43,763 nucleotides of DNA. Source: Basidiobolus meristosporus CBS 931.73 (Eukaryota; Fungi; Basidiobolomycota). The position numbers and the translations under genes were made by a program. Positions 12,913-25,346 of this stretch are shown here, in pieces. Location: positions 1 to 43,763 of the forward strand of contig MCFE01000704.1 of assembly GCA_002104905.1 (NCBI GenBank). Reading direction: 5' to 3'. How positions within the stretch are numbered: the first letter of the stretch is position 1; the number at the start of each line of letters is the position of its first letter. The notes under the pieces are model-generated. The model was given only the letters and a program-made list of their open reading frames with translations. It was not told the origin of the DNA and did not search any database.

Positions 12913-15000
12913 CATATGTGCATCTGTAACATGATTCAGCCCGAGAGGGATCAAGATATATATATACGCAGGCGGTCTTAACAAAGTCTAGACCGTTAGG
13001 TACCAAATCTGGTTATGGTGGTGCCTCCTATAAGGCTCTTTCTACCATTACACAAGCTCATATCATAATGAATGCGAGCTGGATGCGGGGCGTCATTTTG
13101 ACGTAAAGTTTACGATTATTATTAGACAATCGAGATTTACTTGGTTACATTTTCATTTTCTTGCTAGACATACATGTCTCGTCTTTTCAGGTTATCCATC
13201 TCAGATTGAGCTCAAGCCAAGATGATTCTTAAATGGATTTGAATTTTCCTTGAGAGCCAATGACAGCCCTCTCGCGATTCGTCTCGGGGTTTCTAAGACA
13301 CACGGTACAAGGTACAACGAACACTACCCTAGCACTACAGTGTCCAGTATACACAGGAGGGCGTCAAAGATACTGAAACTATAGAGCATTGGCAATGTTT
13401 CACACCTGAGTAAGCATATCTCCTTTGACCAGTGCGGAACTACGAGGTTTCTATGATCAGTTTTATCGACGGGATGATGGAGTATAGTTTTTCCTTACTG
13501 AAGCCTCTACGTCTTGTGAGGGCAACCGACTAAGCATAACAGTGGAGTGGTCTCGAAAATACCCGAAGCAAACAAAAAGCCACCTTATTTGTATTTTTGA
13601 CCTACATCACTGACGATTATTGCTTGCCCATTAGTCAGAAATTGTCAGTTGGCTTTGGCCGTATAGCAGCTCACTTGAAACGCTTATTTCCAACGAAATA
13701 GGCTAATATTCTTAATGACATAGTACAACCGAGGATTATGATGTTGTCTCACTCCATGTGCGATGCGAGCAACAGGCAAACGTACCGCTGTTTGTTCTCC
13801 AGTAGCTCGCTCTTTAGTGTTGCTATAGAGCCCGGGGAAATCTACCAGAATGGAAGTTATCCAGTACCCGTAATCAGCCTTGAGCAATAAGGAAATGAAA
13901 CCAAAGTAATCAGCTGACCCCACATTACAGGATTATCCTATCAGCTCAATTGGTAGTTACTGGCAACACAAAGACTCATCGATAGCAGGCTTGAAGGAGG
14001 TATATAGTTCGATATCATTGTAGACCGTTTCTCCACAAAACACCATTCAAACCATGAATAAGTGTCACATAGGAATTAAGTATAACCACTGTACACTTTC
14101 CTACTACTTTTTGTGCTAGATTGGATGGTAAATAAGGTGAGGTAAGGACTGCTTCAAGTAACCGTTCCCCAAGTGCAAGGACTGCTTGAATTCGCGGCTC
14201 TAACGATTGTTAAAGGTTGCTAGACGGCCTGCAGCCTGTTTCTGAATCAACTATATTTTGATGTATGTTTCAACTTGACCAAGATAAGCAGAGTCTATTG
14301 AGCAAGACAACTCTATCGATCGGCTATTTCAAGGAATGAGGGAACTTGTTTGATTCTTGTTAATGTAAGTTGTGTGTAACTGGTATCAACAGAGGGTAGA
14401 TTAGCGCGGGGTAGTTTACCCTTTCACCCGATTTTCGCAGCCATGATTGGCGTGCCTTCGTGGCTAAAAACCTCAGCGGCATTTTGGGCCAAGCTCAACC
14501 TCATGGATGACTAGGAATTCGATGTTTCAAACGATAGTGACCACTAGCAAATGGTAATTGGTCGAGGAACGATATCATTTTACAACTTCGCCTTCCCCAA
14601 CAAAATCCATGGACCGCTCAATATATATCGGGTGACCTTTTGTGGAGGTGGCCATTTGTATATAAAAAGCATTGGAATCCTGCTTATTTCATTTTGATAA
14701 TATTCGGCTCAACTCGAGTTACTTTGTCCTTAATTGAATTGACGTCGCTATTTTTGATTTCCAATTTTGCTTCCATTTTCTCGTTGGAGTACTTACCCCT
14801 TTGCCTGCTGATTCACGCTGGTGATTACTTCTCGGTTGTACACTTGTATCTTATAGCTGTTCATAAAAAGGCAACACACTACTCCCCTTCCTTGTAATTT
14901 AACTGGCGTTCTTGTGTATAGTCAGTTATCTCCCTCCCATCGAAGAGAAAGGTAGTTTGTCAAAATTCACTCGCTTTTCCAACTTCCATAACGCCAGCTA

Positions 15001-18000
15001 ATGGGTTATTCGTCATATCCTTGCCAAACCTACTTCCAACCAATCCCTGAAAACCCTTCGAATATGAACAAACGCAGTTTCGACATGAGCTCTCCTGTAT
15101 CTTCCATCCCTGTATATCAACGTCACAACTCACACAACGGCCACCTTATGTCACATGAGTCCAACTGGACCTCGAGTATCCATGGCGGGGATCTGGCCTA
15201 CTCTGAGCCTGCAACGCCCGGTCTATTGAACGCGGAAGGGCAGTGGACATTCGATTCGGATACCCCATCATCTCTCCAGGAAATGAAGCTAGAGAGCTTC
15301 GATCCATCGATAGATATGTCATCCTTAGTATCTAATAGTCTACCAAAGCAAGAGAATTTTGGCTTGCTGTTTCCCTTTGACGATTTCGAGTGTAGAAATG
15401 GTTCCATGGACCAGCCATCTAATCTTCAACAGCACCAGACTCTGCACCGCACGCATTCCTCCGCCTCCTTGAATTCATACTCGCAATCATTCCCGTCGAT
15501 CCATGACTCCCCGGTGTCCTCACACAACGGATTGATGTCAAGCTCGATGGAAGAGCCGCCGTACTACCAAAGACAGTTGAAAAACATCCAATTCAATCGT
15601 TTAAGAATGGTGTCTGAGAATCACTCGGATTTCGGCAGCTCACTTACCAGTCCGGTGGATTCGGGCTTTTGCACTCCAATCGAGAGCTACGCTTCCAGCC
15701 CGGTCCTGACCCATCCGAACTCAAATTCTAGAAGCTATTTTGCTTCCGAATATATGGATCACCACAGACGCCCCAGCATTACCACCGGTCTTCAGTCGCT
15801 CCATATGGCTGACGAACTTTCCCTCGACCCCTCGATGTCTATGAATCAAGCCTCATCGTCCCTGTCCACCTCGCTGACTGTCAATCAATTTCTGGACACC
15901 AGCCAGGATCTATCTGGGTCATTGATGCACCAGTCGGATGCCTTGGACTATGTCCCCGGTCAGTTCTACCATGACAAACTTCACCTGGACCATTCTTCTG
16001 CATTCTCTACCAATCCCAGCCACGAAGAAATTATGAATGGCACACAGAACACCACCTTCCATGGATTCCACGACGCTGCCCCACCGACACTGTCCCCACC
16101 GTCATCGCCAAACACGGAGAACGGCAATACTCCGGTGTCCCCCACCGACGGCATCAACTACCCGTTGGAAGGAAAGCTGGAGTTGAACAGCGGCTCCACT
16201 TTGAAGCCGGTTGTTCACAGCTATGTATCTTCTCCGAATTCCTTGTTGAATGGGGAAAAGACCGTGGTTATTCTGACTTCCAAAGTGGCCCAGAAATCGT
16301 ATGGAACAGAGAAGCGGTTCTTATGCCCTCCCCCAACCGTTCTTCTCCTCGGCCAGAATTGGCGGACCAGTGCTTACCACAAAGGCGGATCCACCACGGA
16401 CAATTCCACCTTAGCAAGCCCGAAGCTAACCATTGGTATCCCGGGAGAATCGGGCCAGCAGCAGGGCATTCTTGAGTGGTCTGGTCCATCGAACTCAACG
16501 GTCGATTCGTCCGCCGTGGAGTCCAGTTCGGTTGGAAGATGTGTTGCCAAACACTTGTTCATCAATGATGCCGACGAGAAGAGGAAGCGTGTCGAGGTTC
16601 TGGTGAACGTTCAATCCTCTGCGGGCCATGCCATGGGCACTTTCATTTCTAAGCCCATCAAGGTGATCTCGAAGCCATCAAAGAAGAGGCAAAGTGTCAA
16701 GAACATGGAGCTTTGCATCCATCACGGCACAACGATCTCACTCTTCAATCGTATCCGCTCCCAAACCGTGTCCACCAAGTACCTCGGCGTTTCCACCCCC
16801 TCTTCGTCATCAAGTGCCTTCGGAAGTGCTAAATGGCCTTCGAACATGAACAACAGCTCCTCCGGAGACTCTGCATGCTTTGTTGCCCGAACTGGTCGTT
16901 GGGACCCATTCGTCATCTGGCTGGTCGACCTGAATAGAAGAAACACGTCTACCGAGCAAAATGTGACTCCTCCACCTCCGGGATTCCCTGCCCCACCAAC
17001 CATAGCTATCCACCCTCAGGAGTATTCAATGTCATTCTCTCCTGGCTCTGATTCAAGATCAAGCTCGGATGGAAAGTCCCCCATTCCCATCCATTACAAC
17101 CAGCCGGTTGTCCTGCAATGCCTCTCAACCGGACTGATCAGCCCAGTTATGATTATTCGAAAGGTTGACAAAGGAAGTTTGGTTGTTGGGAATGGAACTG
17201 GAACTGGACGTGAAGAAATGCTAGGGGATCCGGTGTCACAATTGCACAAGGTGGCATTCCAAATTGTTGAGGATGCTTCCGAGGAAGAAAACCCATTTCC
17301 AGTTCGTTCCACCGCAGGCTCGTACCTTGTCTGTCTCGGGGATGTGGTTGGAGTGCAGCGCTCTAACGAGGGCCGGAAATTCGACGTCCCCGCCAGCACC
17401 AAATCCCAGGCTCGCTCGGACTCACTGCCAAATGTCCTCGAGAATAGCGAAGGTTGGCAAACCTCCGCGTTCGAGAGTGCCTCCGGCGGAGATGTGGAGA
17501 ACGGATCTCGGAAAAGACGTGCACTCAGCATCACTGGCAACACCCCGCTGGTGAAGGCAGCCAAGGGCGGCAGAAGAAACTCCGTCAGAGATGACCTGTT
17601 CTCGAGCGGAGAATGTGTGTCGCCAAATGTCTGGTCTGAGGATGTCTCAGACACCGCAGTATGGACCATCGTTGGTACCGATTGTGTTCAGTACTCGTTC
17701 TACACCCCCAATTCCGCACTAGGCACGGAGACCATTGTGAATCCCATCACGCCAATCCCATACATCACCCACATTGCACCCTCCACTCAAAACGCCGGAC
17801 CCAACATCCTGACCATTTATGGAGAGAATCTCACCCCTGACCTTTCCGTTTGGTTTGGCGAGATTCAAAGCAAAGTCACCGAATTCAAAAGCCGTGAAAG
17901 CGCCATCTGCACCCTGCCCGTGGCCGGGCAGAACGGGGTCACAGAGGGTACTCCATTACCGATTTTGCTGGTCAGAAACGATGGAGTCGTGTACAAGACT

Positions 18001-18021
18001 GGCAAGTTCTACACCGTTTGA
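15001..18021 (+). CDS. CSL (CBF1/Su(H)/LAG-1) transcription factor, fungal type with long low-complexity N-terminus; intronless, 1006 aa
   Basis: LAG1 DNA-binding motif TSKVAQKSYGTEKRFLCPPP, beta-trefoil motif ISLFNRIRSQTVSTKYL, C-terminal IPT/TIG LTIYGENLTPDLSVWFG. Confidence 0.95.
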   Translation: MGYSSYPCQTYFQPIPENPSNMNKRSFDMSSPVSSIPVYQRHNSHNGHLMSHESNWTSSIHGGDLAYSEPATPGLLNAEGQWTFDSDTPSSLQEMKLESFDPSIDMSSLVSNSLPKQENFGLLFPFDDFECRNGSMDQPSNLQQHQTLHRTHSSASLNSYSQSFPSIHDSPVSSHNGLMSSSMEEPPYYQRQLKNIQFNRLRMVSENHSDFGSSLTSPVDSGFCTPIESYASSPVLTHPNSNSRSYFASEYMDHHRRPSITTGLQSLHMADELSLDPSMSMNQASSSLSTSLTVNQFLDTSQDLSGSLMHQSDALDYVPGQFYHDKLHLDHSSAFSTNPSHEEIMNGTQNTTFHGFHDAAPPTLSPPSSPNTENGNTPVSPTDGINYPLEGKLELNSGSTLKPVVHSYVSSPNSLLNGEKTVVILTSKVAQKSYGTEKRFLCPPPTVLLLGQNWRTSAYHKGGSTTDNSTLASPKLTIGIPGESGQQQGILEWSGPSNSTVDSSAVESSSVGRCVAKHLFINDADEKRKRVEVLVNVQSSAGHAMGTFISKPIKVISKPSKKRQSVKNMELCIHHGTTISLFNRIRSQTVSTKYLGVSTPSSSSSAFGSAKWPSNMNNSSSGDSACFVARTGRWDPFVIWLVDLNRRNTSTEQNVTPPPPGFPAPPTIAIHPQEYSMSFSPGSDSRSSSDGKSPIPIHYNQPVVLQCLSTGLISPVMIIRKVDKGSLVVGNGTGTGREEMLGDPVSQLHKVAFQIVEDASEEENPFPVRSTAGSYLVCLGDVVGVQRSNEGRKFDVPASTKSQARSDSLPNVLENSEGWQTSAFESASGGDVENGSRKRRALSITGNTPLVKAAKGGRRNSVRDDLFSSGECVSPNVWSEDVSDTAVWTIVGTDCVQYSFYTPNSALGTETIVNPITPIPYITHIAPSTQNAGPNILTIYGENLTPDLSVWFGEIQSKVTEFKSRESAICTLPVAGQNGVTEGTPLPILLVRNDGVVYKTGKFYTV

Positions 18022-19198
18022 ATCCCACCAATCCACATTCGCCACTTCGACCTCCTCCTGGTCGCAACCAATTTTAATACTTGTAATTTCCTAATGCATC
18101 TATCATTTCCCCCTGCCCCACCCACCTTATCAACCACACGCACCTCTCGACGGCGAGCAGCATCGTTAGTACATCGGATTTCCACATTGTGTAAAAAAAT
18201 ATATATCGTTCGTTCAATCGTTCCATTAATTTGGTGGTGAAGTTGGCGGGATTTTCATGGCGGCTGCGAGATAGAAGATACCATCTTGCGGTGACACGCT
18301 ACGACTCCATAATGTTGCACGAAGTTAGCCCGTTGGTTAGCACGGTAGGGCATGGGACGGATTTGGCAAGTACCGTGGAGCTTCCATGTTGGTTTCATGC
18401 CATTTTGAGCCAACCACCAAACCGCGGATGGGTGAGGCTTGCCCGTCGAAATATCGCCATTTCGATCCAACCTCGTCGCTGATTCGCCCGCGTTGGGGAA
18501 AAATAGATACGGGATTGAAGGTTGGGTTCGAGGCCCAGGTCGAGGTCGAGGTTGAGGTTGCGGATAGAGCTGAGGATGAGACGGCAGGAAGGCAGACACC
18601 GTTTCCCCGCCCCCCCACTCCAGATCCATTCCAATTCACCTCATCTCGAATGCGGACCAGCAATCCCCCTTTTCAGGCCCATCCTTGCCAATGGATCACC
18701 GACCCAAGATCCAAGTGATTCAGCATCCACTGAGTGATCCAATGTTACCTATGGTAGCACCAAGGGTGAGTGACTATCTCCATTCGAGGGTAGGCATCCA
18801 ACTGACATTTGATGGTGTCCTAGCCGCTACGTCACGCATCAGTACAACGGTTTCAAACAGCAGCGTAATAAGTACCACCCATGTATTGTGGCTTGGATTT
18901 GAATCCAAGCGGACATGATCATATGGCAGCCAGTTGTAGCTTTCCCCCCCCCCACCTTGGCCACGCTAACATCGAGACACCTCGTGACCAGACGAAGAGC
19001 ATATCCGGAAATGATGGCGGCCCCAATGTATCGCGGTGGTATTCATGGAACGTATATATCCATTTCGGTGGGCTCCGAGATCTTCAAAGCCAGGTTGTTT
19101 TGTCACCACCACAGCGCACACCAGAGGGATTCTGGCTGCGCGAGACATCCCAGCGGACGCGGGGATTGGACCTACTGAGACTTGGTCGGGCCGGACGG

Positions 19199-19240
19199 GG
19201 TGAGGCTAGGTGAGGCTAGGTGAGGTGAGGTGAGGTGAGA
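19199..19240. repeat. (GGTGAGGCTA)2(GGTGA)4 simple repeat
   Basis: Read directly; related GAGGGT/GAGGT runs at ~19983-20017. Confidence 0.85.
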
Positions 19241-20388
19241 CGAGGTTCGTGGAGAATTCATCCAACGTGGAGAAAACGGGGCTGCACGATGACCAGGTCG
19301 TGCGACGCACGATAAAACCTTGTCCGACTCATGAGACCTTTACGTACTTCATGTTACCTGTTCGTGGTAAGGTCACCTTTGGTTTTCCGGAAACCGCCCC
19401 CATCCCCACCTAAGCCCGCCCCGTCCTCGCCCCCGGGTCGTCCCCCATCCCAAAAAGGGCATCAGGTGTGGGGTAGTCGGGAAATTACCCCGGCGCTTCC
19501 ACCTACCCTTGACCCACCAACATTCCTGTATTGCCAACCTCAGGATTTGGGCCAGATTTCCATCTCGGGCACACCATCATTCTTGTTAGCAATCGAGTGG
19601 GCAGTGTCTCGGCTGGCTGATTGACCCAGTCCAGTCGGCATTTTTCTACTGACACTCAGGTCAAGCGGTGTTTTGCTGAGGGTCACCTGAGGGACGAGTC
19701 GTTTCAGATCCATCGGCTGATCACCAATGATGCACCAAGCGGTTACCGGGTATCTATCGGTAACGAAGCCCAACCCTTCCAAGTGATTCAGCTTCCAAGA
19801 ATGCTTACTAATGATGTCTCATATTGATTCACGTACGGCCGAAGAAGGGAATTGACCGGTGGTAGAAACGAATCCCATTCACGATGGTACTGGCGCCTAC
19901 GGCCTATTATTAGAAGTTGCTCAAGTGCTGGATTTGGATGGTGAACGGGAAGCCTCAAGTCGTTGAGTCCCTGTTGACTCATGAGGGTGAGGTGAGGGTG
20001 AGGGTAAGGTAAGGGTGACAGTGATCGTGACCATGACGGGATGCCCGGTGGCTAAAAATACTCCGCACCTCTGATACATTTGCTAAGCCACGGAACGAAG
20101 CGCTACCACTTCCAGGAGATGGTGGCTAGGATGGTTTCGCAAATCCCATGGATTGTTGGATGGCATTCCGGGGATTCTCGGGGATTTCCCGGGATCCTGC
20201 CAAGACGGTTGATCTCTCTAAGCATGCTTGGCAATTTCGGGGCCGGAATCGCCATGGAAATCCATTCCAATGGAGAGATCTTCGATGGAGCGGGCAGCAT
20301 GTCCATCGAGGCGGATCATTGGCCACAGTCTCCGATAGATATGGATATGGCGAGTAGGGATCGTGGTGGTTGGTGTTCAGCAACTTGT

Positions 20389-20419
20389 ATCATGCATCAT
20401 GCATCATGCATCATGCATC
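20389..20419. repeat. (ATCATGC)4 heptamer repeat
   Basis: Read directly. Confidence 0.9.
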
Positions 20420-21429
20420 TTGATCCGAGGGAGCCGGGGATTTAGGACACCTCGAGAAGTGATGGTGGATGCAGCTCATTAACCGGGCCCACCTAAGAAT
20501 CGATTATCTCTGAGATATATCTGGGCGAGATGATGGGTACCGACGGTAAAAACTAAATGCTTGGTTTATTTTCAAATCATGATACAATAATGGAATAAAA
20601 AATCGGTTGGAGTTTCCAAGGTCTCGCCAGAGAAGGTATATATGAACAGCATGGCGAAACGGGGGGGGTATCGGAGTATCAGTGACAGCGAATCATACAA
20701 AATATACGCCACCTGGTTAACGTTGCGGAGTTTTAAATCCTCGGAGGGAAATCTTTAAGAGGTTAGGGTGCTCAAGGTGAATTGAGGGGTTAGTTTTCGA
20801 TGGGGGGGGTTACTCGTGTGCTCACACAGGATCAAATTCTATAGCGCTTGGCGATCTCGGATAGGACGAGGTGGAAGGGCGAAACGTACAACATTTCGTG
20901 CTTTCATGCGATCAGGGAAGATTTCGGTGACGCAGCGACGCGGCTCCATGGCTTTGGTCAGACGTTGCCTTCCGCCGACAAGCTGGACATTGAGGTTGCG
21001 GGAGGGTAGGGCGCGAGAATAATCCCAATCTTGAGCAGGGTTCATCATGGAGAAGGTTAGAGTCGATGGATGGGCGCGGGGTTTAAAGGCTTTTGCACAA
21101 TAGAGAACTCAACTGAAAGCAACTTGCCGACTGTGGAGCGCCCGGCGGTTTTATATTCATCATAAATTAAGTGGCTTACTGATCTAACTGGTTTCAGGCT
21201 TCCCATGACTCCATAAATTCATTTACAACTGAGACTACGAAATAGATTAAATTTATTGATGGGAGCGGACATTAATTTATGTTGTGATCTAGCATGCAAA
21301 AGGCCCATCTGGGTTTGATTTCTCACTTAACAATTGGATAATAGCGGAATTAATTGAAACGGACTGAGGTGAATTACATATGTCATGTTCCTTCGTTGCG
21401 ATTCATCTTCTGTGCATGGGTTTCTAGTC

Positions 21430-22332
21430 GACAATCATTGATGGATGCCGTCCTCGGGCAATGACCATTCTTGAAAGTACAGCTCTTTGTTTCGCCATAG
21501 AGAAGCCCACAAGGGCATTCACTACCGGTTACCTAGCTTTGTTCGGATCGAAATCAACACCTACATCGCCATACACCACCACCGAACGGCGTCCAGGTAC
21601 CAGGAGTGATCACTTTTCCTTCATCGAACCTGCTTGGATCAAACTCGACAGGATTCTCCGTATAATCCGGCTTTCGGTGGATCCCATCTATGAGCACCAA
21701 GATCGACGTGTCGCAAGGGATTGGGATGGGGATGGGGATGGGTATAGTCTACAGATACACGAAAGAGACCACAATCTTTGGTAGCTCCACTAAAGTGAGC
21801 GGCTGGTGACTCAGTGATATAGCTAGTCTAAAGAGCCATGTATCGAATACCTTGCGCGATGGTAAATGACACGGGCTGGATACTTTAAAATCTACTATTG
21901 AAGCCATAGCGGCACAATTCACTATCCATTCGATATAGCAATACGTTCATAAACCTGCCGTCGAGTGTTTTTCAATGAAGTCTTATTCGCAAGAGTGGCC
22001 GCACCAATTCTGGCACGACTTTGCGAAAAGGGTTCGATGGGGTATCCGGAAATGGGTAAATGAATTTTGTCATTGCAATATGGGCGTTCCATTCCTGCAA
22101 AATATCCATGGTTACCGCTTCTCCGTGACATACCACAACGACAACGAAGGGTGGGATTTGGGGCGACTCTGGAGATATTAGGAAAAACCAATTTTAAGGC
22201 AACCTGCACCCCAATACCTTCCGCAGATCTAGGGTGTGTACGCGTGTGTGGAGGGGGAGGGGGAGGGGGAGTTCTAGGCTTTATCTTCCAGTAGAGAATG
22301 GCGGAAATTACTTCGCTTGGAACATATCAATC
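21430..22332 (-). pseudogene. Deletion-riddled tandem pseudocopy of the adjacent cytochrome P450
   Basis: Collinear patches match 22620-24180 (e.g. EFDPSRFDEGKVITPGTWTPFGGG; shared G-run intron GTGTGGAGGGGGAGGG). The acceptor and codons after the heme Cys are deleted, and large internal blocks are missing. Confidence 0.85.
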
Positions 22333-22538
22333 ACAAACCACTTAGTGGGAGTAACAAACTTATACGGATATTGTTGTATAGGAAGTAGTGAATATAATGA
22401 GTATCCAGTACTATCACAGTATGAAACATTCTTTGGTAAACATTCAGAAGCTTTATATGACCCATGGACTTTTACGATCCATTCTCTTATCATATTGGCA
22501 TCCGCACACCCATCCTCGTGTTCTATCATACATAGACA

Positions 22539-24488
22539 CTATCTTCTAGGATTCACCTTTCTTTGTTCTCTCTCGGTAAAAATGATCCCCAAATCGACGG
22601 CTGACACTAGAGTGGCTTTCTGGGAGGCAATCAGTCCATCTTTGTGTATGCTGTCCTCGGGTAATGTCCATTCAAAGTGCCTCAGAAGCATAGAAAGCAC
22701 CACTCTTTGTTCCACCATGGAGAAGCTCATTCCAACACCTAAACGCAAGGTCATTCGCTACCGGTTGCCTAGCTTTGGTCTGATCGAAATAAACACCTAC
22801 ATTGCCTTACACCACCACCGAACGGCATCCAGGTACCAGGAGTGATCACTTTTCCTTCTTCGAACCTGCTGGGATCAAACTCGTCAGGATTCGTCCAATA
22901 GGCCGGGTTTCGGTGGATCCCATATATGTGGACTATGACGGGTATGTTGGGAGGGATAGTGAAGTCACCAAAGGTAGTGGTTTCCTTCGTGTATCTGTCG
23001 GGAAGATAGGCCACTGATGGGCATAAACGCAGCACTTCTTTGATGACCTGCGTCAGGTAGGTCATTTTCTCCTGTTGCTCATATGTGGGGGCCTGATAAT
23101 GGGAATCGCCGAGCAATTCAAGTACCTGCTCTCGGGCCTTAGCTTGGGCCTCCTATTGAAGCAACAACGATCGGTTAGTGATTCCGTGGTATAGCAAGTC
23201 TAAAGAACCATGTACCGGATACTTTGCGAGATAGTACATGACACAAGCTAGCGAATTAGCAGTAGTGTCATGTCCAGCCAAGAAAAACACCTTTAGATTC
23301 TCCTGTTGAAACGTAACAATGGTTAGGTCGTTGTTGACCCAATGCAAGCATGTGATCATGGCCATACCAGCAAATCCCTTTCACTAAAGTTGGAGTCATT
23401 TTCCTCCATGGATGCAGATATCATGGAGCTCAGTATGTCCTTGTTCTCCTTGGATTCACCGGTTGTCTTAAATTCCCGCATCCGTTTCTTGACTACTTCA
23501 AGAAGCAGCTGCTCAAATGCCTCCACATTCTCAAAGTCAGGCTTACGAAAAGGGTTCGATGGTGTGTCCAAAGGTGGAATGTACATATACGTGATTTTTT
23601 CCATCGCTTGTGTAAGCTTGTCATATAGGGTAACATATGGACCTTCTGGGTCAAGCAAGGCATTGAAATTGAACCCAAACCCTATTTTACCAAGAGCATC
23701 CAGAGTCAATCTTTGCATTAGACAATGTATGTCTTTGGGGTGGAATATCTCGCGCTCAATGGCGTGAATCAACTGGATAGCACACTCCCCAAACACCTCA
23801 GTGGGCCATTTTCCGACGAATGCTGGGTTGGTCACCTTACGGTGGCGCTTCCATTCCTGCAAAATAACCATGTTTGTTGTCTTTCCTTGACAAATAAACG
23901 AGGATTACGTGTTACCTGGCCATTCGAGTAGAGTATGCTCCTACCCAAGTACCTAGCCCAAAATGAATTTGGAAGCATATCGGATAGGATGCGCTTTGGG
24001 AACAACTCTAGAGATATTAGGAAAAACTAAGTCCTCAGCATATCCAAGGTGCGTGCGTGTGGGGGAGGGGGAGGGGGGTTCTATGCAATTTCTCTGGAGG
24101 TATACTTTATCTCCCAGTATAGAATGGCGGAAGTGAAGTTGGTTGAGTTGGAGAGTTACCTGGCTTGGAATATATCAACCGAGCATCCTCTGCCCGAGAT
24201 ATTATGACACACCATTCTCCTAGAATCCACACCTTCGTGATAATATGAGCTTTTTTTCCTGTCTGCTCGCTTACGGTATTTCTCGTTTACCTTTGCAACA
24301 CCAAAACGCTCCATAAGTCCCCTCAGCGGTCTGTATGCATCAATTAAGGTTCTAGGCTTTCCCATCGCATGTAGCATGCTTCTTATAGGTATGGTTGGAA
24401 GGCTTCGTATGCCATCAGGTATAGAAAGATAGTAATATATTGGAAACAGCAAGAGTAAACAAGCAAAGCTGATGATCAACGCCAACAT
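22539..24488 (-). CDS. Cytochrome P450 (resembles CYP509-like P450s of early-diverging fungi), multi-exon
   Basis: N-terminal TM anchor, EWKRHRKVTNPAF, I-helix FFLAGHDTT, ExxR (IKEVLRL), PERF-like FDPSRF, heme motif PFGGGVRQ|CVGMSFS after splicing. Confidence 0.93.
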
Positions 24489-24749
24489 GTCTTTTAAAAG
24501 CCCTAATGGTCTGTATATCCAGCCGTATAGTCTTTAGCATAGTGAGTTGAAGGTTTATATACAACCAATATTGCGCACCCACTAAACAAAATTCTAATGA
24601 TTGGCTGAATAACTTCTAGGTAAATAGTGTGATCTATACAAGTAGTTAAATGCTAACTAACTCCAACCTCTACAATCACACTAAGCACGTCTCTTCCAAC
24701 ATTCCAGTTCTACTCACACCCAGTCCCACTATATAACGCGATTCCTCCC

Positions 24750-24998
24750 ATGGATTCAACTACAAATACGCGCGAAGATCTTGTCCGAAAGATTCTGCAA
24801 ACTCAAGAGCAACTAAGACGTAAGAAGTGGACCACCACCTTGTTTTATTATGTCCCATAAGTAATCGGTTGAAATCTAGACCTACTTGCCAAAATAGACA
24901 CCGTCAAGTCTGAGCATCACAAGATTCACACTGAAAACCAAGTGCTGGAGAAATATATGGATAACCTGATGTCAACGAAGGAGATGATGGAGCCTTAG
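24750..24998 (+). CDS. SCOC: Short coiled-coil protein SCOC/Slo1/UNC-69-like (DUF2205), 62 aa; exons 24750-24819 and 24880-24998
   Basis: Manual splicing of a 60-nt GTAAGA...TCTAG intron gives MDSTTNTREDLVRKILQTQEQLRHLLAKIDTVKSEHHKIHTENQVLEKYMDNLMSTKEMMEP; not in the ORF track. Confidence 0.8.
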
Positions 24999-25346
24999 AG
25001 AAGAAACGCTACATAACAGCGACCAACCATTAGATATGATATCCGACATATTGGCCAGCGCTGTTGCAAGGCACGATGTTATTAGTGATATAATAAATCA
25101 GGATTACTGCCAGGATTACTGCCAGTGGAGACCAGGTATAATTGGCTCCCAACTCTTATGACACAAATCGAGTCAATCAGTAAATAACCAATTTAGTGTC
25201 AGAGCAACCATAATCAACCAGATTTTTTTCACAAAAAGATCAAGAAAAAATTGAAAATTTTACGAAAGAAAAACGTAGGTTGCCGCTTTCTTTGCGCTTG
25301 CACTTTAGCAATCGATACCTTGGTATCCTACTATTCATTAAAGACC

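Noticed and set aside
13941-13956. tRNA A-box-like TCAGCTCAATTGGTAG
   Set aside because: No B box or cloverleaf downstream.
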